Positions 51,144 through 60,691 are shown, counted from the first letter of the stretch. The stretch is 64,000 nt of DNA from Thermoanaerobaculia bacterium (GCA_963664405.1 OY761158.1:1408001-1472000), one strand, 5' to 3'. Program-made: numbers and translations. Notes: generated by a model not told the origin, from the letters alone.

Positions 51144-52147
51144 TCGCCGCCGCCGAGTTGGCGTTGCAGGTCGGCGTCAAGCCGTCCTGTGTCGCTCTCG
51201 GCGTGGCACGGGCGACTCTGTACCGTCGTCGGAAGCCAACTACCGGGCCGCAGCCCCGGCCAACACCCGCCCGGGCTCTGAGCGAGGACGAGCGCCAAGC
51301 CGTCCTGGACGTCCTGGACTCGCCTCGTTTCGTCGACCGTGCCCCCGCCGAGGTCGTCGCCACGCTCCTGGACGAGCAACGCTACCTCTGCTCGGAGAGG
51401 ACCATGTACCGCATCCTCGCTGCGCGAGCTCCGGTGCGCGAGCGGCGCAACCAGCTTCGCCACCCCGATTACACCAAGCCGGAGCTGGTGGCGGTCGCCC
51501 CCAACCAAGTCTGGTCCTGGGATATCACCCGATTGCGGGGTCCTGAGAAGTGGAGCTACTACTACCTCTACGTCCTGCTCGACATCTTCAGCCGCTACGT
51601 CGTCGGCTGGATGCTCGCGCCCCGCGAGAACGCCAATCTCGCCGGTCGCCTCATCGAGGAGACCTGCTGCAAGCACGACGTCAAACCTGAGGTGCTCACC
51701 CTGCACAGCGATCGGGGCTCCCCGATGACCGCCAAGTGCACGGCTCAGCTGCTCGCCGATCTGGGACTCACTCAGTCGCTCAGCCGGCCCCAGGTCTGTG
51801 ACGACAACCCCTTTTCCGAGGCCCAGTTCAAGACCCTCAAGTACCACCCGAGCTTCCCCTCCCGATTCGCCAGCCAGGAGGCCGCCCAGGCTTTCTGCAG
51901 GACCTTCTTCCCTTGGTACAACACCGAGCACCGCCACGGTGGGATCGCACACCTGACGCCGCACGGCGTCCACCACGGTCGAGCGGAGCAGGCCCTTGCC
52001 GCACGGCAACTCGCGCTCGATGCCGCCTTCCAAACTCACCCAGAACGCTTCCTCCGAGGGCGACCCATCGTCTCGCCTTTACCTGGAACCGTATACATCA
52101 ACCGGCCTGACGATACGCCGGCCTCGACCGAAGAGGACCTTCACTAA
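51140..52147 (+). CDS. IS3 transposase OrfB (DDE)
   Basis: PNQVWSWDIT, HSDRGS and DNPFSEAQFKTLK; lies in the -1 frame relative to OrfA. Confidence 0.9.
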   Translation: MIAAAELALQVGVKPSCVALGVARATLYRRRKPTTGPQPRPTPARALSEDERQAVLDVLDSPRFVDRAPAEVVATLLDEQRYLCSERTMYRILAARAPVRERRNQLRHPDYTKPELVAVAPNQVWSWDITRLRGPEKWSYYYLYVLLDIFSRYVVGWMLAPRENANLAGRLIEETCCKHDVKPEVLTLHSDRGSPMTAKCTAQLLADLGLTQSLSRPQVCDDNPFSEAQFKTLKYHPSFPSRFASQEAAQAFCRTFFPWYNTEHRHGGIAHLTPHGVHHGRAEQALAARQLALDAAFQTHPERFLRGRPIVSPLPGTVYINRPDDTPASTEEDLH

Positions 52148-52259
52148 TTTATGACTCGAGGTGTCTCAAAGTTCTTGACAGGTTCCGCACGCCGCGCACC
52201 GGCAGGGACTTCCCTGTTAAGCTTGCCCGGTGCTCTGGGGTGGGAAGGCGGAGCATCAG

Positions 52260-52967
52260 ATGGCTGAAAAAGAGATCGCTAGAGATCGGGTACGTAAGGG
52301 TGCCGAGCGGAGGCGTCATGAGCGCCATTCTCTCTCCGAAGTCCCCGGCCGGCTGCACCTCGCTCGCGATGTAACCGTCTTCGACCTCAGCACGACGGGT
52401 ATGGGCATCGAAACGTCGGAGCGACTGCTTCTCGGCGGCATCTACAAGATCCGGCTCGGGGAGCCTGAAGAGGAGCTTCCGATTCAAGCCCGGGTCGTGT
52501 GGTGCAAGCTCCTCGCCACACGCAGCGAGGGCGACGGATCGATCGTGCCCGTCTACAAAGCCGGCCTACACTTCGAGAACGCCGACTCTGAGGCGGTGAA
52601 AGGACTTGGCAGATATATCCAAGACCAAGCTGCTCCGGGAGAGAATACTCAACTCGAGGCAAGGATAAAGCTCGATAAACTGGCCAGAATTCTCGTCGGC
52701 GACGAGCTCGAGTTCATGGTCACCAAGATCAGTAAAGGGGGGATGGAAGCCGAGATGAGCCACCAACCCCGTATTGATTCGGTCCTGGATCTCGAGCTCT
52801 CCCTTGCCGGCGAGCACGTAGAGGTACGGGGTCGAGTCGTCAATACCGCCCACAAAAACGGCGGCGACCAGTGCTTCATCGTTGGCATCGAGTTCCTGGC
52901 CCCGAGCGAGCAGGCGGCACAGCGCTTGGACGCTTTCATCTCCACCCTCACTGCGGCCGGACACTAG
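52260..52967 (+). CDS. Tandem PilZ domain protein
   Basis: RRRHER and DLSTTG c-di-GMP motifs; second, degenerate PilZ domain (KISKGG). Confidence 0.8.
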   Translation: MAEKEIARDRVRKGAERRRHERHSLSEVPGRLHLARDVTVFDLSTTGMGIETSERLLLGGIYKIRLGEPEEELPIQARVVWCKLLATRSEGDGSIVPVYKAGLHFENADSEAVKGLGRYIQDQAAPGENTQLEARIKLDKLARILVGDELEFMVTKISKGGMEAEMSHQPRIDSVLDLELSLAGEHVEVRGRVVNTAHKNGGDQCFIVGIEFLAPSEQAAQRLDAFISTLTAAGH

Positions 52968-53129
52968 ACCCGCGTTTCCAAAGTTCGCGCCACCTATCTC
53001 GGCCCCTTCTGCCCGCTGGCGGCGTTGCACCTTCTCGACAGATTCCCAATATGCCTGCGTCGGCGCGCCTTGCCAGCGAACAGAATGACCTCGAGCTATG
53101 CGACTCGAACTTCGGAAACGCTGGTCTAG
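52964..53129 (+). repeat. Palindromic repeat family A, copy 3
   Basis: Starts at the PilZ stop codon (cTAG); 162 bp between the CTAGs; slightly diverged IR. Confidence 0.88.
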
Positions 53130-53292
53130 TGGACCGTAACACCCAAACGTTTAGCGCCTGAGCGGCCCTCGCGGCCGATCTCTGCGTTACGCTTCCTCCA
53201 CATAGTCCCCGCTATGCCTGCGTCAGCGCGCCTTGATCTCGACCACGAATGACTCACTCAGCCACTAAACGTTCGAGTGTTACGTCCACCAG
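53126..53292 (+). repeat. Palindromic repeat family B, copy 1 (abuts family A copy 3, sharing CTAG)
   Basis: IR CTAGTGGACCGTAACAC..AACGTTTAG; near-identical to 60863-61030 inverted. Confidence 0.85.
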
Positions 53293-54544
53293 TCTCTGGG
53301 GTTGCTGAATCTCGCGGTGCTGAGAGCGCGGCCAGCGCCGGCGGCGTATAACGGAGCACAGCCTTGCCGGAGAAGATAGATCCAAGCACGACCAGGACAC
53401 CTCCCGAGCCGAGCACCGCCGCTTCGCCATAGCGATCGGCCAGAGCCCCCCACCCAAGGCCCGAAAGCGGAGAGAGCCCGAGAAAGAGTGTGGTGTGTAA
53501 AGACATGATGCGCCCACGCATACGACGCGGAGCCAGAGTCTGGATGAGGGTATTCGTAGTCGCGAGCTGAATCATGAAGCTGAACCCCATCGGAACCAGG
53601 ATCAACATCGCGGTGACCACTGAGCCGGCAAGAGAGAGGGCGAAGAGAAGAACGCCGAACGACGCGGTCGCGGCCACCACCCAACGCTCGAGTCCGTGAA
53701 CTCGACCCCGCCAGGCAAGGCTCACGGCACCGATCAAGGCCCCGAAGCCGACGGCCACTTGAAGGTAGGAGAAGGTGTCTGGGCCTCCGCCTAGATGACG
53801 ACTCGCGAAAGAAGGCAAGAGCACTGCATAAGGCATCCCCGCGATCGCCACCACCGCGAGACCACTCAGCAACGCCAGCAACGGCGGTGCGTGACGGACA
53901 TGGTGCAGGCCCTCTTGGATCTCGCCGAAAAGAGACCGGCCGGAAGGTTCGCGAGCCTCGGTCGCCGGCATTCGAATCGCTATCAGCGCTGCCACAATCA
54001 AAAGGTAGGAGAGCGCGTTCGCAAGGAAGCACCAGCCCTCACCGACCCATGGAATGAGAGCTCCGGCCAACGCCGGCCCGATGAGCCGAGCACCGTTGAA
54101 TAGGGCTGAATTCAGCCCTATGGCGTTGGTCAGGTCCTCCGAACGGACTAGGTCAAGGATGAAAGCCTGACGGGTCGGGATCTCGAAGGCTCGAGCCAAA
54201 CCGGCAAAGAAGGCCAGCAGCACGATGTGCCAGGGAACAACGACCCCGGTGACGGTGAGCAGACCCAAGAGCGAAGCTGGGACCACCGAGAGCGACTGGG
54301 TGATAATGAGGATGAGCCGACGGTCGTGCCGATCCGCGAAGGCCACGGCGATGGGGCCAAGGAGTAGTCCTTGACCCTGCCAGGCAAAGGTCATCAACGC
54401 CACCGCGGCCGCCGACTCGGTAAGACGAAACATGAGCCACGCCATGGCAGTGACTTGCAGCCACATGCCCACCATCGACCCCACCTGGCCGAAGAAGAAC
54501 AGTTTGTAGTTGCGGTGTCTGAACGCTCGAAAAACTCGCGACAA
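53258..54544 (-). CDS. MFS transporter
   Basis: FRAFRHRNYKLFFFGQ, ADRHDRR, PTRQAF and ARLIGPALAG; the C-terminus is encoded by repeat B. Confidence 0.9.
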   Translation of the reverse strand: MSRVFRAFRHRNYKLFFFGQVGSMVGMWLQVTAMAWLMFRLTESAAAVALMTFAWQGQGLLLGPIAVAFADRHDRRLILIITQSLSVVPASLLGLLTVTGVVVPWHIVLLAFFAGLARAFEIPTRQAFILDLVRSEDLTNAIGLNSALFNGARLIGPALAGALIPWVGEGWCFLANALSYLLIVAALIAIRMPATEAREPSGRSLFGEIQEGLHHVRHAPPLLALLSGLAVVAIAGMPYAVLLPSFASRHLGGGPDTFSYLQVAVGFGALIGAVSLAWRGRVHGLERWVVAATASFGVLLFALSLAGSVVTAMLILVPMGFSFMIQLATTNTLIQTLAPRRMRGRIMSLHTTLFLGLSPLSGLGWGALADRYGEAAVLGSGGVLVVLGSIFSGKAVLRYTPPALAALSAPRDSATPETGGRNTRTFSG

Positions 54545-54590
54545 ATCCTTCTCCTTTCCTGACGGTCTCCTGACGCGAAGAGTATTTAAT

Positions 54591-54863
54591 GGCCTTGTTT
54601 CGGGCCCCGCTTGGGGGCAGGGGAGCCACGGCCACGGTCGCTGCTTCCATGCTGGAGGGATGATTTCTTTAGGAGAACTTGTTCTCCTCTTGAGCCAGTC
54701 GACGAGGGCCCCCCGCCCTCGTCGACTGCACTACCTCACTCTATGTTTGGGTTCGATTCGGAGGGTTACCCAACCGATTCGGTAACCCTCCTTCCTAAGG
54801 TTCCGACTCCCAAAGGGGATGCCAAAATAATTGCCGGGAGCCCCGCTCCCGGCGCCTTTTTTT
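54591..54863 (+). ncRNA. Candidate structured small RNA
   Basis: Several perfect stems (8, 14 and 11 bp) followed by a terminator, in an intergenic region antisense to both flanking genes. Confidence 0.35.
54833..54863 (+). terminator. Rho-independent terminator
   Basis: GCCGGGAGC-ccc-GCTCCCGGC followed by gcc and T7. Confidence 0.65.
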
Positions 54864-54885
54864 CCGGCCGCCTACCCAACGATCC

Positions 54886-57024
54886 TCATCCGTAGACGGC
54901 TTCGAAAATCGTCTTCATTGCCCGCTCGTAGCGAGTGAAGGCATTCCGAGCACGACCGGGGTCAGCGAGATCACCAGCTCGGTCGAGGGCGGCGGCACTC
55001 TGCATCGCCCGCGACACCGCTTGGCTCACTTTTCCCCGCTCCCGCGCCGACAATGCGCCCAGATGGTCGAGGAGCGCCTCAGCAAGGTCACGGGCGTCGA
55101 AAGCAGGAATGTGAAGAGCGAGCCACTCCTCGCTGTCCATCAACTCTCGAAGCACATCCGTCCGAGTAACAAGCTCGGCGACGATCTCCTCCGCACTCGC
55201 CGGAATCTGCAGGGGGGGGCGCTCGTGACTGTGAGATCCCAGGGCCGCGTACCTCGCCAGCTCCGCCGCCGAGAGGTCGGCGGACAGTTCTTCGAAGTAG
55301 AAGTCGAAACGCCTCTTCTCGCCCGCAAGCGAAACAGAGGCATAGAACTCCGAGGGGAGCTCGGCTGGGATCTTGGCCTCTAAGTAGGCCGAGCCCGGTC
55401 CACCGTAGACCATCGGATAGACCGTCTCTTCCCACTGCTTCTTCTCCTCGTTCCAGCTCTCGAAGATGGCCTCAGAGGCAAAGTTGCGCGGATCCACCGG
55501 CTTCTTGAAGTCATCGTATACGTAGAGTCGGAACTCTCCCTGTGCCGGCAACGCACCCTCGAGGTGGTGATAGTTGTTCATGGCCATGAAGAACTGGCCT
55601 CCATGGAGAGGGCTGTGGTCCATATGCGCCGTAGCCTGCGGATCGACAACCCCCGAGGAGGCACCCTCGCCACCTCCGAGCATTCCTCCCTGCGACGGTG
55701 CGGGCCTCGGCGCCTGGACGGGCTCGGGGAGCACGAGGTGGTCGTTCACGGCATAGATCGCATGGAGCTCGAAGGGTCTCTCTGGCCGGTTGTCGGCCAC
55801 GCCGAGGGTGCCGGTCATCGCCAAACGCGAGCCCGGAGGGGCTTGCAGGGGACGGTCGAGAACAAAGGTGGAAGGCCAGGCGGGGTCGTACTCCTCGATC
55901 AGAAGCAACAGATCAGAACGACCGTCCGGATAGCTGAGCGTAATCTCGACCTGCTCCACCCCAGGCGGGAGGTTGGGAGCCAGAGACACCACGCGTACGT
56001 CCTCGGCAAAGGTCAAAAGAGCCTCCCTGGTTGGTGGAGGCGCCGACTTCTTCTTCCGCCTCTTGCGAGCGGCCGGCCGAGCGACCTCGGCGCTGGCGCT
56101 TTGCGCAAGGACGATCAGATCCACTTCGTCCGGCTCTTGTGCGAGGAAGAGTCCGAGCTTTGATTGATCACGGATCTCGGTATCGAAACCATCCATCTCA
56201 CGGCGCCGATACTGGACCTCCAGCTCGAGGGTCGAGCCCCGCCGCAGCCGCCGGCCCATGCCGTCCGGAAGAAGAACCGGCGCGTCTCCTCTCAGCCACT
56301 GCCCGAGGAAGTATGGCCCTGGCGGGAGCTGATAGGCACGAGTCGGCTCCGGAGCGTCTTCGTCCCTGAAGGGATCGTAGGGTTCTTGGATCTCTACCTC
56401 GAAACTCTCCGGTACCGAGCCCGCGGGAGGGTGGATCCATGCCGCCATGCGATAGACGGCGCCGGGAGTGCCAGCCCGAAACTCGAATCCCGTCACCCAG
56501 GTATCCTCCTCGATCTCGATCTCGAGAGTGTGGGAGACCTCGTCTTCGATTCTCCCCGCCTGCAGAAGGAAGGGCTCCTTCGAGCCCACCACCAGGTCAG
56601 GTTCACCAAGCTGCCACGCTCCCTCCTCGAACTCGGGTGGCGGTGGCAGATTGCGGCGCGGCCCCTGCGGCCCCCCTCCCTGGATCCAGCCCACCAGGAT
56701 CTCAATATCCTCCTGGCTCATCCGCCTGGTGTTGGCAAAGTGATCGAAGCGCGGATCCGCCTGCCACGGGGGCATGCGACCGGTGAGCACCTCCTCCTCG
56801 ATGGCGGCCGCCCAAGCGCGTGCGCCGGGGGCACTGTCAGTGCCATAGGTGGTGAGATCCACATAGCTGGGTGCCGACCCCCCTGGGCTATGACACCCCA
56901 TGCAGTGTCGGCGCAGAATCGGTCTGACGTCGTCACTGAAGTTCAGATCGGTGGTAATCCGAACGTGGGCACCCGCGGGGCACGCGATCAGGAGCAGGGT
57001 GAGTGCGGTGAGAGAGAGGCGCAT
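54886..57024 (-). CDS. Secreted cytochrome c (CxxCH) plus copper monooxygenase-like fold protein with a His-rich C-terminal domain
   Basis: CMGCH, RMPPW, WQLGEPDLV; C-terminal HMDHSPLHGG..YHHLEG. Confidence 0.55.
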   Translation of the reverse strand: MRLSLTALTLLLIACPAGAHVRITTDLNFSDDVRPILRRHCMGCHSPGGSAPSYVDLTTYGTDSAPGARAWAAAIEEEVLTGRMPPWQADPRFDHFANTRRMSQEDIEILVGWIQGGGPQGPRRNLPPPPEFEEGAWQLGEPDLVVGSKEPFLLQAGRIEDEVSHTLEIEIEEDTWVTGFEFRAGTPGAVYRMAAWIHPPAGSVPESFEVEIQEPYDPFRDEDAPEPTRAYQLPPGPYFLGQWLRGDAPVLLPDGMGRRLRRGSTLELEVQYRRREMDGFDTEIRDQSKLGLFLAQEPDEVDLIVLAQSASAEVARPAARKRRKKKSAPPPTREALLTFAEDVRVVSLAPNLPPGVEQVEITLSYPDGRSDLLLLIEEYDPAWPSTFVLDRPLQAPPGSRLAMTGTLGVADNRPERPFELHAIYAVNDHLVLPEPVQAPRPAPSQGGMLGGGEGASSGVVDPQATAHMDHSPLHGGQFFMAMNNYHHLEGALPAQGEFRLYVYDDFKKPVDPRNFASEAIFESWNEEKKQWEETVYPMVYGGPGSAYLEAKIPAELPSEFYASVSLAGEKRRFDFYFEELSADLSAAELARYAALGSHSHERPPLQIPASAEEIVAELVTRTDVLRELMDSEEWLALHIPAFDARDLAEALLDHLGALSARERGKVSQAVSRAMQSAAALDRAGDLADPGRARNAFTRYERAMKTIFEAVYG

Positions 57025-57038
57025 GGGGAGAGGGAGAG

Positions 57039-57345
57039 GAAGTGAAAGAGTGAAAGAGTGAAAGAGTGAAGAAGTGAAGAAGTAAGGGAGTAAGGGAGTA
57101 AGGAGTAAGGAGTGAGGTGTTAGGAGTGAGGAGTGAGGGTGTAAGAAGTGCGGAGTTCGGCGTTAGCTGAGGTAGTAAGCAGGAGAGAATTGGAGAGGAC
57201 GGCTGTGGCAGTGTTCCAGCCTACCCCTTGCTCCCTCAATCTTACTTCCTCACCCCAAACTCCACACCCTTACTCCTTACTCCTTCACTCTTTACTTCTT
57301 CACTTTCTTACTTCTTCACTCCTTTACTTCTTCACCCACTCCCCT
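57039..57345. repeat. Two oppositely oriented tracts of degenerate 7-8-nt tandem repeats
   Basis: (GTGAAAGA)/(GTAAGGA)-type units at ~57039-57150 and their complements (TTACTCC/TTCACTTC) at ~57240-57345. Confidence 0.8.
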
Positions 57346-58182
57346 CGGCACCAGCCCCAAAATACGAACCGGTCCCCCCGATCCGCCCTCGATCTTCATC
57401 GGCAGGGCCACCACCCAAGCTCCTTTCGGCGGCAGCTCTGCGAGCTTCGCCACGTTCTCGAGACCGAGAACGTTGGCGCCGTTGGCGATCTGGTGGACGA
57501 TGAAATCGGCTGAGGCGCCGTAGTCGATGCTTGCGGTATCGACCCCGAGCGCAACCACTCCGCGCTGAAGAAGAAGCCTGGCGGCCTCTTCGCCGTAGGA
57601 GGGGAAGTGGAGATTGGAGGCATCGCCAGGAGTGTCATCGCCCAGATAGCTCAGAGCATCCGGCCAAAAGCGCTCCCAGCCGGTTCGCAGAAAGACGGCC
57701 GAGCCGGACGGAATCTGGCCGTGCGCCGACTCCCACGCCTCGACGTCCGCTGCAGAGAGGAGGTAGTCGGGATCTGCCGCAGCACTTTCGGAGATGTCGA
57801 TCACCACGGCGGGAGATACCAGCCTCTCGAGCGGGATCTCATCTACGGTCCAGCCAGAGGCCGAGAAATGAATCGGAGCATCGAGATGAGTACCGCCGTG
57901 CTCTGGTGACGAGAAGGAGTAGGAAGAGTAGAACCAACCACCCTCCGAGGTACCGTAAGCTTCCTCCTTGTGCTGGAAGCGCTCGGTCGAGGTCGGCCAG
58001 TAGAGAGTGTCTTTGCCATAGGAATGCGACATGTCGACCGGTCGGAAGTCGCGGAGGTCGAGACTCGCGGGACCGGCCGGAGGCGGTTCTATCGGGGGAG
58101 ATCCGGGACTACAGCCCAAGGTCAGAAGCAGAGTCATGAACAGTCCTGATCTCACAGATGAATCCTCCGCGATGGCGGCCAT
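57316..58182 (-). CDS. Cyclase family protein (kynurenine formamidase-like), lipoprotein
   Basis: EHGGTHLDAPIHF, LRTGW, GVDTASID and PMKIEGGSGGPVR. Confidence 0.88.
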   Translation of the reverse strand: MAAIAEDSSVRSGLFMTLLLTLGCSPGSPPIEPPPAGPASLDLRDFRPVDMSHSYGKDTLYWPTSTERFQHKEEAYGTSEGGWFYSSYSFSSPEHGGTHLDAPIHFSASGWTVDEIPLERLVSPAVVIDISESAAADPDYLLSAADVEAWESAHGQIPSGSAVFLRTGWERFWPDALSYLGDDTPGDASNLHFPSYGEEAARLLLQRGVVALGVDTASIDYGASADFIVHQIANGANVLGLENVAKLAELPPKGAWVVALPMKIEGGSGGPVRILGLVPRGVGEEVKE

Positions 58183-58309
58183 ATTCTAGCCGCCGCAGAC
58201 GATCACGATCACCTCCTCCGCCGCAAGCGCCACTCGCCACAGCAAACAGAGGGGGCCGGCGGCAGGCTCCGAGCCAGTGCTAGAGTCGCGATCGACCCAC
58301 GAAGCTACG

Positions 58310-59464
58310 ATGACGGGCATTGACTCAAAGCGACGAGGCGCTCTGCTCCGCCTCGCACTCGCCCTCGTCCTCTTCAAGATCTTCGTCCTCCTCGTCGCCC
58401 TCTCGTCGCCGGTGCTCCTGCCCGGCTTCTTCAGCGAGAACTATTACCGGGGAAATTTCCACTGGCCGCCGGACGAGGCGCCCCATGCCCTCACCACTCT
58501 CAAGACCTGGGACGCCCAGCACTACCTCTACCTCGCGACCGAGGGCTACAAGCCTGGGCGAATGCCGATCGCCTTCTTTCCCCTCTATCCGTGGCTCATC
58601 CGGGCCCTCGCGACTCTGCCCGGCGTGGGCAGCCAGGCAGCCGCACTCCTTCTGGCGAACGGCCTCTCGATCGCGGCCGTTCTCCTCCTCTTCGACCTTC
58701 TGAGGAGACGACACCCCGGCACCGAAGAGTGGACAACGGTCTTCCTCCTCGCCTTTCCAGGAGCCCTCTTCTTCCACTTTCCATATACCGAGAGTCTCTT
58801 CCTATTCCTCGCTGTGGCGGTCCTCGCCGCCATCGAAAGAGATCGGTGGGGAGTCGCCGCCGGGGCTGCCTTCCTTCTCGCCCTCACTCGCCCCAACGGC
58901 GTGCTCATTGCCGGCCTCCTCGCCTACGAGCTTCTCGTCAGGGTCAGAAGGAAGCAGAGGCCAACCCCGATGATGCTCCTCTGCGTCGGCGCGCCCGTCC
59001 TCGGTTTAGGCGCGTACTTCCTGTTCATGCAAGCCGCAACTGGTGACGCGATGGCCGGAATCGAGATGCAAAGAGCCTTCCACGCCGGCCGCTCGGTGAC
59101 CAACCTCTTCGATGTGGGAGGTATGTTGCGCAACCTCCTGGACGTCGAAGTGATCCACGGCATCCAGCACTCTCTTCTCGACCGTCTTGCCTTTCTCCTC
59201 GTGCTCGCGACGCTGGTACCGCTGTGGCGAATCGATAAAGCGTTCTTTTGGTTCGCACTGCCGATGGCGCTCCTCGGGCCACTGTCGGGGAGTCTCGTTT
59301 CCTACACTCGCTTTGCGGCGGTGATCTTCCCGACCTCCCTGGTGTTGGCACGAGCGCTCGGCGGCCAGGACCGAGTCTCCTACCGCTACCTGACCGCTGC
59401 GGTCTTCTTTGTAGTGCAGATCATTCTTCTCCTTCGCCACGCCACCAACCACTGGGCGGGGTAG
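58310..59464 (+). CDS. Mannosyltransferase-like GT-C membrane protein (PIG-V-like)
   Basis: WDAQHYL, AFFPLYP, YTESLFL and LTRPNG. Confidence 0.8.
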   Translation: MTGIDSKRRGALLRLALALVLFKIFVLLVALSSPVLLPGFFSENYYRGNFHWPPDEAPHALTTLKTWDAQHYLYLATEGYKPGRMPIAFFPLYPWLIRALATLPGVGSQAAALLLANGLSIAAVLLLFDLLRRRHPGTEEWTTVFLLAFPGALFFHFPYTESLFLFLAVAVLAAIERDRWGVAAGAAFLLALTRPNGVLIAGLLAYELLVRVRRKQRPTPMMLLCVGAPVLGLGAYFLFMQAATGDAMAGIEMQRAFHAGRSVTNLFDVGGMLRNLLDVEVIHGIQHSLLDRLAFLLVLATLVPLWRIDKAFFWFALPMALLGPLSGSLVSYTRFAAVIFPTSLVLARALGGQDRVSYRYLTAAVFFVVQIILLLRHATNHWAG

Positions 59465-59516
59465 AAAAGAACGGCAGGTCTGCATCACAGCGGTCTTTGT
59501 CGGACCCCTCCTCTGT

Positions 59517-60641
59517 ATGCAGGTGCAACTGGAGCCGAGAGACACGCGATTCGACTTGAAGCAGGTCCTGGCCTACTGCGGTGCCGCAGTGCTCTCGATC
59601 GGTGTCTTTCTTCCCCTGGTCCAAGCGTCGCCCGATCCCTCGCTCAACTTCCTCGCCAGCCCTCGCGGAGAGGGCGGCATCACCCTGCTCCTGGTCTCGG
59701 CGACAGTTCTCGCGATCTACAAGAAGCGTTTCTGGGCTCTGGCACCGGTCGGGGTTGCCAGCCTCGCCCTCCTCTTCCTCGGACTGGCCGGAGCAGGTGG
59801 TCTGATCCAGGCCAACGAGTCTGCACAACTCCTCGTAGGAGGGCCCGTGCTGGTCATTGGCGCCCTCCTTCTCGTCGGTGCGTCTGAAGTCGCGGGCAAC
59901 GAGGGAGCCTTGGCACGAGGCCCTCAGCTCTTGGCCTTCGTCGTCGGCCTCGGACTCTTGGGTGCAAGATCGATCTCATCGAGCCCCAGCCCGGTGGCAA
60001 TCCCGCAGAAGCGGCTACTGGCGGAGACAACACTCTTCGATCACACACTCCTTCCAGGCCCCACGTACCACTTCTTGCCACGACCCATTGACGACTCGAA
60101 AGGCACCAAACCTGAGCCGGAGCCGTGGCCGCAGGGCGAGCCCGAAAAGCAAGGTCGACCGCTCATTCGACGGACGACACCTCCGTCGATCGAAGAGGCG
60201 CGTAGAGAGGAGCTGGAGCGGCGCCACAGGCGGGAGCGAGAGGAGGTCCGACGTACCAGACACCGACTCGGCCAAGCGATGATCGACTGGCACCCTGTCT
60301 TCGAAGAGCGGCTTCAGGGGGTGCTGCGGGCGAGAACAGCGCTCTATGAGGGTCTCGATCGACGCCGACTCGACGAGATCGCGCCACAGTGTGAAGCCGT
60401 AAGTCTTGCACTCGACGAAGTGCGGCTGGCGGAAGCAGCTCCCGATCCCGTCGTCAAGGGCCTCGTCGCGCAGCTGGTCGCGACTTATCGGAGGTCGGCT
60501 CAGCTCTGTGCGCGTGCATCCTATTTTTCATTTCGAGAGGAAGAAAAGAAGGTCCTAGCGACAGCCCGAGCTCTGGGGCAGCGGCTCCGAGTGTACGGTC
60601 TCGCCTTGCCCGCCGCCGCCACCCAGCGTGAAGGCTCTTAG
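59517..60641 (+). CDS. Hypothetical membrane protein with a helical C-terminal domain
   Basis: N-terminal TM segments, Pro-rich linker and coiled coil. Confidence 0.5.
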   Translation: MQVQLEPRDTRFDLKQVLAYCGAAVLSIGVFLPLVQASPDPSLNFLASPRGEGGITLLLVSATVLAIYKKRFWALAPVGVASLALLFLGLAGAGGLIQANESAQLLVGGPVLVIGALLLVGASEVAGNEGALARGPQLLAFVVGLGLLGARSISSSPSPVAIPQKRLLAETTLFDHTLLPGPTYHFLPRPIDDSKGTKPEPEPWPQGEPEKQGRPLIRRTTPPSIEEARREELERRHRREREEVRRTRHRLGQAMIDWHPVFEERLQGVLRARTALYEGLDRRRLDEIAPQCEAVSLALDEVRLAEAAPDPVVKGLVAQLVATYRRSAQLCARASYFSFREEEKKVLATARALGQRLRVYGLALPAAATQREGS

Positions 60642-60691
60642 AGGCGACCCCTCAGGCACCGTAGTCGACCGGGGTATCCTGGTCCGCGTGA

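Larger units (their letters stand above)
50510..52189 (+). mobile_element. IS3-family insertion sequence
   Basis: TG...CA ends; CGC duplicated at 50507-50509 and 52190-52192; subterminal IRs TGCCAAGATGCTTGAGACATCTCG versus reverse complement TGTCAAGAACTTTGAGACACCTCG; orfA/orfB layout. Confidence 0.88.

Noticed and set aside
50483-52039. 518-aa ORF on the minus strand
   Set aside because: Antisense shadow of the IS3 transposase with no recognisable motifs
57039-57345. Possible CRISPR array
   Set aside because: Units are 7-8 nt and degenerate with no unique spacers; no cas genes nearby
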